Shown: positions 1 through 7,190 of the stretch, piece by piece
Numbering within the stretch: the first letter of the stretch is position 1
How the letters are laid out: each line of letters starts with the position of its first letter
Source: Pseudomonadota bacterium
GTDB taxonomy: Bacteria > UBA10199 > 2-02-FULL-44-16 > JAAZCA01
Assembly (NCBI GenBank): GCA_043798915.1
Contig: JAZDOG010000005.1
Location: forward strand, 1 to 30,161
DNA length: 30,161 nucleotides
Direction: 5' to 3'
Made by a program: the position numbers and the translations under genes
The notes under the pieces: generated by a model
Told to the model about the DNA's origin: nothing
The model's database searches: none
The model's input: only the letters and a program-made list of their open reading frames with translations

Positions 1-437
1 GAAAAAGTCCTTGAGACTTGCAGGCCTTATACCGCCGCAGGGTTGTCCATTGGGCGCGCAGTGAAGGGACCGCAAGGGTCCCGTAACGAAGCGCCGTGGG
101 CAACCCGTCGCATCATCCTCGCAGGGAGGAGAGTTACCCACAGAGCCCCATCCATCCGCCCGCCCAGCTACGCTTGGGGGCTCGCGGACGGACGGATGAG
201 ACTCTATGGATAACTCCCCTCGCATGGAATGAAAACAGTGTGCCGAGAATAGATGGCGGCGGTATCGGTTCGTATCCTTGCCCTATAAGCGCTTTCGCAT
301 TTGGGGACCCGGCGTATTACTGATCGCCGATCGCCTGACATCACGACTTTGCCGTTGTCGTGCGAAGATTCACGATATGGCTTGATTTAAAGGACTTGCG
401 GGCGATATAGAATGCCGCTGTCAGGAGGAGGCATGCC

Positions 438-1706
438 ATGAAGGTACTTGTCATAGGTGGAGGGGGGCGCGAGCATGCTCTCGTGTGGAAACTCGCGGCA
501 TCGAAGAGGGTCACGAAGCTCTGGTGCGCGCCGGGCAATGCGGGGATCGCCGAGTTTGCGGAGTGCTTGCCCCTGGCCGCGGATGACGTCGCGGGCCTTC
601 TCGATTTTGCGCGCAAGAACCGCGTCGACCTGACCGTCGTCGGCCCCGAGTCGCCGCTGGCGCTCGGGATCAGCGATTCATTCAGGAGGGTGGGGCTTAA
701 AGTTTTCGGCCCGAGCAGGGAGGCGGCCGCCCTCGAGAGCTCCAAGGTCTTTGCAAAGGATTTCTGCAACCGCTACCGCATCCCGACTGCGCAGTCCGAG
801 ACATTCAGCGATGCCGAGGCTGCGATCGCACACATCCGCACGCATCCTCTCCCTCTGGTTGTCAAGGCGGACGGGCTCGCCTCCGGCAAGGGCGTGGTGA
901 TCTGCAAAAGCGCCGAGGAGGCGGAGGCCGCAGTGTCGGACATGCTCGTCTCCCGCTGCTTCGGCGATGCCGGGCGAAAGGTCGTGATAGAGGAATTCCT
1001 CGAAGGCGAGGAGGTCTCGTTCATCGCCATCTGCGACGGAAACCATGTGCTGCCGATGGCGGGTTCGCAGGACCACAAGGCGGCATACGACGGCGATAAG
1101 GGGCCCAACACCGGGGGCATGGGCGCGATCTCCCCAGCAAAGATATTGACCAACGACCTCGCCAGCCTCGTGATGGAGCGCGTCATGATTCCTGCGTCGC
1201 GCGGGATGGTGACAGAGGGGATGCCGTTTGTCGGCGCGCTCTACGCCGGCCTGATGATAAAGGACGGAGAGCCCAGGCTCCTCGAGTTCAACGTTCGCTT
1301 CGGCGATCCAGAAACCCAGGCCCTGATGATGAGGCTCAAGACCGATCTCGTCGATGTGCTGGATGCCGCGGTGTGCGGCGCGCTCGATCGCATCTTTCTT
1401 GAGTGGGACCGGCGGCCAGCGGCCTGCGTGGTCATGGCCTCGCGCGGCTATCCGGGCAAGTATGAAAAGGGAAGGGTGATCCGGGGAATTTCCGAGGCGG
1501 GGAGCATCAAGGATGTGGTCGTCTTCCACGCGGGGACGAAGCGGGTTGGGGGAGATGTGGTCACGGACGGAGGCCGCGTGCTGGGCGTGACGGCTCTGGG
1601 CGATGACATGCAATCGGCGCTCAACAGCGCATACGAGGCGGTTGAAATCATCCGCTGGGATGGCGCGCATTATAGAAAAGACATAGGACACAGGGCGCTG
1701 TTGTGA
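438..1706 (+). CDS. purD: Phosphoribosylamine--glycine ligase
   Basis: MKVLVIGGGGREHAL, VGPESPLALGI, KADGLASGKGV, QDHK...GPNTGGMGA, EFNVRFGDPETQ, FHAGT and GGRVL motifs; SD AGGAGG upstream. Confidence 0.98.
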   Translation: MKVLVIGGGGREHALVWKLAASKRVTKLWCAPGNAGIAEFAECLPLAADDVAGLLDFARKNRVDLTVVGPESPLALGISDSFRRVGLKVFGPSREAAALESSKVFAKDFCNRYRIPTAQSETFSDAEAAIAHIRTHPLPLVVKADGLASGKGVVICKSAEEAEAAVSDMLVSRCFGDAGRKVVIEEFLEGEEVSFIAICDGNHVLPMAGSQDHKAAYDGDKGPNTGGMGAISPAKILTNDLASLVMERVMIPASRGMVTEGMPFVGALYAGLMIKDGEPRLLEFNVRFGDPETQALMMRLKTDLVDVLDAAVCGALDRIFLEWDRRPAACVVMASRGYPGKYEKGRVIRGISEAGSIKDVVVFHAGTKRVGGDVVTDGGRVLGVTALGDDMQSALNSAYEAVEIIRWDGAHYRKDIGHRALL

Positions 1707-1732
1707 GAAGAGGACTGCTGTCTGATGCCGTT

Positions 1733-1825
1733 TTCCCTCTCCCTTGAGGGGAGAGGGTCAGGGTGAGGGTGACAGTGGAAATCTGATCACCCTCCCTCCG
1801 ACTCCCTCCCCTCAAGGGAGGGAGA
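1733..1825. repeat. REP-like inverted doublet (CCCTCTCCC-N4-GGGAGAGGG / CCCTCACCC family)
   Basis: Two hairpin units in inverted orientation between purD and purE; 20 bp (1750-1769) recur exactly at 20962-20981. Confidence 0.7.
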
Positions 1826-1849
1826 TAATAGATTACAGCGAGGTAATAA

Positions 1850-2344
1850 ATGGACAACCCGAAAGTCTTGATCGTGATCGGCAGCAAGAGCGACCTTCCG
1901 GTGATGGAGGAGGCGGCGAAGGTCCTTGCGGAGATGGGGATTTCGCATCGCATCACGATCGCCTCCGCGCATCGGACGCCGGAGAAGGCCGCGAAGCTCG
2001 CCTCCGAAGCCCGCGAAAAAGGCGTGAAGATATTGATCGCCGGCGCCGGGTTCGCCGCGCACCTGGCCGGCGCGCTCGCCGCCAACACGACGCTGCCGGT
2101 GATAGGCGTGCCGCTCCCGGCCTCCGCGCTCTCCGGCTTCGACGCCCTGCTCTCGACGGTTCAGATGCCCGCCGGCCTGCCGGTCGCCACGATGGCGGTC
2201 GGAAAGGCGGGCGCGCGCAATGCCGGGATACTCGCTGCGCAGATGCTCTCGCTCTCGGACGATAAACTGGTCGGCAGACTTTCGGACATGCGCAGGGAGA
2301 TGGCGAAGGATGTCGAGGAGGCGGACAAGGAGCTGCAGCGGTGA
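1850..2344 (+). CDS. purE: N5-carboxyaminoimidazole ribonucleotide mutase
   Basis: GSKSDLPVM, SAHRTP, AGAGFAAHLAG, PVIGVP, LLSTVQMPAGLPVAT motifs. Confidence 0.97.
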   Translation: MDNPKVLIVIGSKSDLPVMEEAAKVLAEMGISHRITIASAHRTPEKAAKLASEAREKGVKILIAGAGFAAHLAGALAANTTLPVIGVPLPASALSGFDALLSTVQMPAGLPVATMAVGKAGARNAGILAAQMLSLSDDKLVGRLSDMRREMAKDVEEADKELQR

Positions 2345-2985
2345 CCGAGATCATACGAATAGACCCCAAGGAACCCGATCAGGATGCCATCGCTCGCGCC
2401 GTGGCGTATTTGAGCGACGGCCAGGTCATAGCCTACCCGACTGAGACGATCTACGGGCTGGGCGCGGATGTCCTGAACCGAAAGGCGGTGAAGAGGATCT
2501 ACGACCTCAAGTCCCGCGACTACGGCCTGCCGATCTCCATCCTGGTCGCCGATCTCAAGATGCTCCGCCTGGTGGCGGCGGAGGTGCCCGACAGCGCGCT
2601 TGCGCTCATGCGCAAATTCTGGCCCGGCGCGCTCACGATCCTGTTTCCGGCCTCGTCCGCGATACCCAAGGGGCTCGTCACGAACACCGGCAAGGTCGGC
2701 GTGAGGATCAGCTCGCACCCGGTGGCCGCCGCGATCGTCGAGCGATTCGGCCGGCCGATCACGACCACGAGCGCAAACCTCTCCGGTTTCCCGCCGTCGC
2801 TCTCGGTCAAGCACGTTCAAAAATATTTTGCCGAAAGGCTTCCCTGCATAGTCGATGGCGGCGAGTGCGAGCCCACGCGCGGTTCGACCGTCGTCGACAT
2901 CGCCGAGGAGACGATGAGGATCGTCCGCGACGGCGCGATCCCGGCGGATGAAGTGATAAAGTGTTTCCAAAGCACGAACGGCTGA
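2341..2985 (+). CDS. tsaC: L-threonylcarbamoyladenylate synthase (YrdC/Sua5 family)
   Basis: AYPTETIYGLG, IYDLKSR, FWPGALT, TTTSANLSG, STVVD motifs; GTGA start/stop overlap with purE. Confidence 0.93.
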   Translation: MTEIIRIDPKEPDQDAIARAVAYLSDGQVIAYPTETIYGLGADVLNRKAVKRIYDLKSRDYGLPISILVADLKMLRLVAAEVPDSALALMRKFWPGALTILFPASSAIPKGLVTNTGKVGVRISSHPVAAAIVERFGRPITTTSANLSGFPPSLSVKHVQKYFAERLPCIVDGGECEPTRGSTVVDIAEETMRIVRDGAIPADEVIKCFQSTNG

Positions 2986-2991
2986 TATTCA

Positions 2992-3618
2992 ATGGAACTC
3001 ACGTCTGAATTCTTTGAATCCGTAAAACTCCTTATCAGACAGCCTGCGAAGGGCCATCGCTATGGCTCCGAGAGCCTGGCGCTCGCGGATTTCTGCCGCG
3101 TGCGCGAGGGCAGCCGCGTGGCCGAGCTCGGCTCAGGCTGCGGCGTGATTTCGCTCGTCATCGCGGCGCGCGATCATCCCCGAAACGTTGCGGTCGTGGA
3201 GATACAGGATTCGCTGCACCGGATTGCCATCGGAAATATGGAGGAGAATGATCTCGGCGGCATCGTCGGCTGCATCAATGCCGATTGGCGAAAGTTTGCG
3301 AAAGAGAATCCGCAGTCCTTCGACGCGGTCGTCGCCAATCCCCCATTCTACCGGTGCGGCTCCGGCAGGCAGAGCGACAACGCCGAGCGCGCCGCGGCGC
3401 GGCATGAGATGAACGGAACGATCGGCGATCTTGTGGCGGCCGCGCGCGAGATTCTTGTTCCTGGAGGCGGACTCTTTCTCGCGTTTCCATCCATCCGCCG
3501 CGATGAGCTGATCGCGCTCGCAGGGTCAAAGGGTTTCGCTGTTTTGAAAATTATCAGCGGCGATGAGGGAAAAAAGCTGGGCCCCAACTTCCTCGCTCAC
3601 TTCGAAAAAACGAAGTAA
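2992..3618 (+). CDS. SAM-dependent methyltransferase, tRNA1(Val) m6A37 (YfiC/TrmN6-like)
   Basis: QPAKGHRYGSES, ELGSGCGVI (motif I), NPPF, ARHE motifs. Confidence 0.8.
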   Translation: MELTSEFFESVKLLIRQPAKGHRYGSESLALADFCRVREGSRVAELGSGCGVISLVIAARDHPRNVAVVEIQDSLHRIAIGNMEENDLGGIVGCINADWRKFAKENPQSFDAVVANPPFYRCGSGRQSDNAERAAARHEMNGTIGDLVAAAREILVPGGGLFLAFPSIRRDELIALAGSKGFAVLKIISGDEGKKLGPNFLAHFEKTK

Positions 3619-3622
3619 AAAA

Positions 3623-4108
3623 TTACGCATCCCGTTTGCTTCCCCTCTCGAACCCTCTCGTCATCGCGCGCCTTGCGAGATCGCGCAGCTCAGTATCTGA
3701 AATGCGCTCCACCGATCGCTCGACGAATTCCTTCTCGTCTTCTTTGAGCGGCCTCGAGCTGGTCGCGCGCGCGGGTTGGAGGGCGGCCGGCGAAAGGGCG
3801 GGGAGCTCGCCCACCTCGAAACGGATGCCCTTCAGCGGGACGGCGGGCATCGTTCTCTTCAGCTGTTCCACCAGCGTCACCTTCATGAACGATAGCTCCT
3901 GCATCCACGGCGAGCTCTCGACCCTCACGACGAGCGTGCCGCGGTGCATCCGCGCCGGACGCGCGTGCGACGCTACTCCCTCGCCCACGATATCCTCCCA
4001 TCTGTCCATGATGCGATGGGATGCGATCCCCTCTTTGAGGCCGAGGCGATTCGTCGTCCTTCCGACTATCTGGGAGATGCCAACCGGCGCCTTTCGTTTT
4101 TCGCGCAT
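3623..4108 (-). CDS. DUF721 / DciA family protein
   Basis: WEDIVGEGVASHARP...TLVVRVESSPWMQELSF pattern. Confidence 0.8.
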   Translation of the reverse strand: MREKRKAPVGISQIVGRTTNRLGLKEGIASHRIMDRWEDIVGEGVASHARPARMHRGTLVVRVESSPWMQELSFMKVTLVEQLKRTMPAVPLKGIRFEVGELPALSPAALQPARATSSRPLKEDEKEFVERSVERISDTELRDLARRAMTRGFERGSKRDA

Positions 4109-4170
4109 ATGCCATGCCTAACACAATGGGGAAGGCCTATGCAACGGCCAGAGACGCAGGCTCTTTACGG

Positions 4171-4200
4171 TTGACAGTGGGCCCCTGTTTGGGGAATAGT
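4171..4200 (+). promoter_or_regulatory. Putative sigma-70 promoter of dksA
   Basis: Perfect TTGACA at 4171-4176, then 18 bp, then weak AATAGT. Confidence 0.45.
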
Positions 4201-4224
4201 CCCTCTTTCGATAGGGGTGATTTT

Positions 4225-4590
4225 ATGAATAAAAAAGAGGTGGCGCGCTTCAAAAAGCTCCTGCAGGAGAGGCGGCTTGCGATCGTCGCCGCGACCGAGG
4301 CCGTCAAGGAAGAGGGCATGGGGTTCGACCAGGCCGAGCTTCCGGACGAGGTCGATCTCGCCTCCACCGAAGCAGGGCAGTCGCTCAACTTGAGGCTCAG
4401 GGACAGAGAGCTCGTCCTCCTCAAGAAGATCGACAGGACCCTTGAGAAGATAGAGGAAGGCGAGTTCGGCGTCTGCGAGCGCTGCGGTGAGGAGATCGGC
4501 TTGAAGCGCCTCGAGGCGCGCCCGGTCGCCGAGATGTGCATCCGCTGCAAGGAGGAGCTCGAAAAGGTGGAGAAGGGTTTCGCTGAGTGA
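4225..4590 (+). CDS. dksA: DksA/TraR C4 zinc-finger protein
   Basis: DEVDLAS coiled-coil tip, CERC...RLEARP...CIRC; start moved to ATG 4225 after GGGGTG SD. Confidence 0.9.
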   Translation: MNKKEVARFKKLLQERRLAIVAATEAVKEEGMGFDQAELPDEVDLASTEAGQSLNLRLRDRELVLLKKIDRTLEKIEEGEFGVCERCGEEIGLKRLEARPVAEMCIRCKEELEKVEKGFAE

Positions 4591-4614
4591 TGTTTTGACT
4601 TCAATTCCGATTTC

Positions 4615-4645
4615 AAAGGCCGGCGGAAATTCGCCGGCTTTTTTT
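4615..4645 (+). terminator. Rho-independent terminator between convergent dksA and glnE
   Basis: GCCGGCG-GAAATT-CGCCGGC stem followed by a T-run, with AAA on the other side. Confidence 0.85.
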
Positions 4646-7178
4646 ATTTCTGCGAGATGGTCGCCTTGTAAATCCTGCTGACAGCCGTGCGGCGCCGGTC
4701 GAGTTCCTCCGCGAGCGCCGCTGACGATGAAAATCCCATCTGCATCGCTATATCGCCGGACGATGGATCTCCTGTGTCGAGTATGTCGGCGTAATTTCTT
4801 CTGACGAGCCTCAGGCGTGAGATGAGGCGGCGGAAGAATGCGAGGTGGCTCGAAAGCTCATCGTACAATCCGGAGTCGATGATTCCTTCGGCGGCGAGCG
4901 CCTCCACGACGTCGAAGGTGTTCTGCTTCCTGAGAGACGCAAGGCCGGCGGCGTTCATGAGCTGGTGATACTGGATTGCCGATTCGAGGTCAGCGAGTCC
5001 GCCCCTGTCGGCCTTCAGGTCGAAGCGCCCCTGGCGGTCCGCCGCCTTTTCTTTCACGGAACGCTCGCGCAGCCTCGCGATCTCCTTTGCGGCCTCTGCG
5101 CGCGCTGGAGGCTCGCGGCCATACGCGAGCCTCGCAAGTTCGGACCTCACTTCGCGGAGGAACGGTTCGTCGCCGGCGATCGCGCGGGCCTTCAAGAGCG
5201 AGAGCTTCTCCCAGATATCAGCGGACTTTGTGTGATAGTCGGAGAACGATCCGAGCGTGGCGACGAGCGTCCCGGACCTGCCGGACGGGCGAAGCTCCGA
5301 ATCGACGAGATAGGCGCGCCCGTAGCGCGTGGAGAGCGAGATCATGGATATTATGCGCTGCGCCAGCTTCGTGAAAAATTCCACGTTCGATATCGGGCGG
5401 GCGCCATCCGTCGAGCCGTCGCAGGAATAGATGAAGCAGAGGTCCAGGTCGGATCCGTAGTCGATCTCGGCGCTGCCCAGCCTTCCCATGCCTGCGATGG
5501 CGAACGACGCCTTGCTGCCATCCTCAGAGCGAGGCTCCCCGTGCTGCGACGCAAGGCGCTTGAAGGATATCTCCCACGCCGAACAGATCACGACTTCGGC
5601 GACGAGGGTGAGACGGGCAAGCAGGAGCCGGAGCCCGATCTTTCCCTCGATGTCGAGGGAGGCAAGGCGGTTTGCCTCGCGCTGTTTGAACCACGCGAGC
5701 GAGTCGGCCATCTCCTCTTCGCCGCCGGCGCGGGAGAGGTTGTCGCGTATTGCCTCCTCGAGCTCCTGCCGTTCGTAATCCGCCTCGAACAGCGCGCGGA
5801 AGAGTTTCGCGACCGCCTGCGTGTTCTTGGCCAGATCGGCCCTGAACCTTGAGGCGGCCTCGCGAAAGGATGCGTCGCGGTAGCCCATGCGCCTGGCGAG
5901 CCCCGCGAAACCAGATTCTTCGATGGGCAGCAGGTGAGTCTGCAGATCGTCGGCCGCCTGCAGCATGTTTTCCAGCCGCCTCAGGAACGAGTAGGAGGAG
6001 GCGAGGAGATTCTCGCCATAAGGGTGCATGAGCGATTCGCGCGTGAGCGCCTCGATGGCCTCGAATGTGTTCTGCCTTCTCACGGAGGGGTGGGCCCCGC
6101 CGTGCAGGATCTGGAGCGCCTGGACCAGGAATTCCGCCTCGCGTATTCCGCCGCAGCCGTGCTTGACGTCGAAGGGCCCGTGCGATGCGGCCGCGGCGTG
6201 CTCCACTTTTTCCTTCATGCCGCGCATGTGGGAGATGTCGCCGATCGAGATCGATCGGCGATAGACGAACGGTCTGATCCCTTCCACAAACCTGGCTCCG
6301 AGCGACTGGTCGCCTGCCGCGGCCCTCGCGCGTATGAGCGCCTGCCGCTCCCAGTCGTGGCCGAAGTATTCGTAGTATCTGAGCGCTGCCTCGAGCGAGT
6401 TCGCTAGCGGACCCTGCGGGCCCTCAGGGCGAAGCTCATGGTCGACCCGGAAGACGAACCCGTCGGAAGTGCCGGCCGAGAGGAGATGCGCCGTTTCGGC
6501 GGCGAGCTTGGCGTAAAATTCATGATTCGTTGTGATGCGGCCTTTCGAGTTCCTGGCGCCGCCCTCATCCGTATCATATATGAAGATGAGATCGGCGTCG
6601 GAGCTCAAGTTCAGCTCTCCGGCGCCGAGCTTGCCCAGTGCGATGATCGAGCCGCGACAGACTTCGCCTCGGCCCGCCTCACCTTGCATCGGCGTCCCCA
6701 TCTTTTGTGAGAGGGTTTCGAAGGTCCTTCTGAAGGCGGCGTCTATGAGGACGTCCGCGACGTCGCTCCACTCGGCGAGCATCGCGCGGGTCTCGATCGT
6801 CCCCTCGATATCCTCCGCCACGAGGCGCGTCATCTCGCGGTACTTGAAGCGGCGCAGCAGAGATCCAAACCCGGCGTCGTCGCGGGGGGCCTCGTGAGCG
6901 ATTGTCTCGCCGAGCTTGCCTGCCAGTTGCTGTTTGTTCTTCCTTCCCTTTGCTATGGATGCCGACATCGCGTCGGCCGAAACGGGATTTGCGATCAGCC
7001 GCGCGGCGAGCGCTGCGCTGTTGCCGAAAATGTGAAGGACCGTCCGCGCCCCTGGCGCGCCCCAGTCAAACCAGTGTTTCGATGCGCGCTCGTAGGCCTT
7101 TTCAAATCGGGAGAGGTCTGCCTTGCCCCGTTTGGGATCGGCGGATAGAGCGATGATGTCGTCAGAGCTGGTTTTCAT
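4644..7178 (-). CDS. glnE: Bifunctional glutamine synthetase adenylyltransferase/deadenylase
   Basis: Two nucleotidyltransferase motifs (GKLGAGELNLSSDADL; GRLGSAEIDYGSDLDL), RVDHELRPEG / VDSELRPSG, WERQALIRAR. Confidence 0.88.
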   Translation of the reverse strand: MKTSSDDIIALSADPKRGKADLSRFEKAYERASKHWFDWGAPGARTVLHIFGNSAALAARLIANPVSADAMSASIAKGRKNKQQLAGKLGETIAHEAPRDDAGFGSLLRRFKYREMTRLVAEDIEGTIETRAMLAEWSDVADVLIDAAFRRTFETLSQKMGTPMQGEAGRGEVCRGSIIALGKLGAGELNLSSDADLIFIYDTDEGGARNSKGRITTNHEFYAKLAAETAHLLSAGTSDGFVFRVDHELRPEGPQGPLANSLEAALRYYEYFGHDWERQALIRARAAAGDQSLGARFVEGIRPFVYRRSISIGDISHMRGMKEKVEHAAAASHGPFDVKHGCGGIREAEFLVQALQILHGGAHPSVRRQNTFEAIEALTRESLMHPYGENLLASSYSFLRRLENMLQAADDLQTHLLPIEESGFAGLARRMGYRDASFREAASRFRADLAKNTQAVAKLFRALFEADYERQELEEAIRDNLSRAGGEEEMADSLAWFKQREANRLASLDIEGKIGLRLLLARLTLVAEVVICSAWEISFKRLASQHGEPRSEDGSKASFAIAGMGRLGSAEIDYGSDLDLCFIYSCDGSTDGARPISNVEFFTKLAQRIISMISLSTRYGRAYLVDSELRPSGRSGTLVATLGSFSDYHTKSADIWEKLSLLKARAIAGDEPFLREVRSELARLAYGREPPARAEAAKEIARLRERSVKEKAADRQGRFDLKADRGGLADLESAIQYHQLMNAAGLASLRKQNTFDVVEALAAEGIIDSGLYDELSSHLAFFRRLISRLRLVRRNYADILDTGDPSSGDIAMQMGFSSSAALAEELDRRRTAVSRIYKATISQK

Positions 7179-7190
7179 AAAGTACGGAAC

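Noticed and set aside
134..213. oriC DnaA boxes (TTACCCACA, TATGGATAA)
   Set aside because: Only two imperfect boxes, explained as arms of one hairpin; no AT-rich unwinding element or dnaA.
250..345. ZTP (pfl) riboswitch upstream of purD, suggested by GCCGATCGCCTG
   Set aside because: The closing GGGC of P3 and a convincing GACTGGCG-containing P1 are absent.
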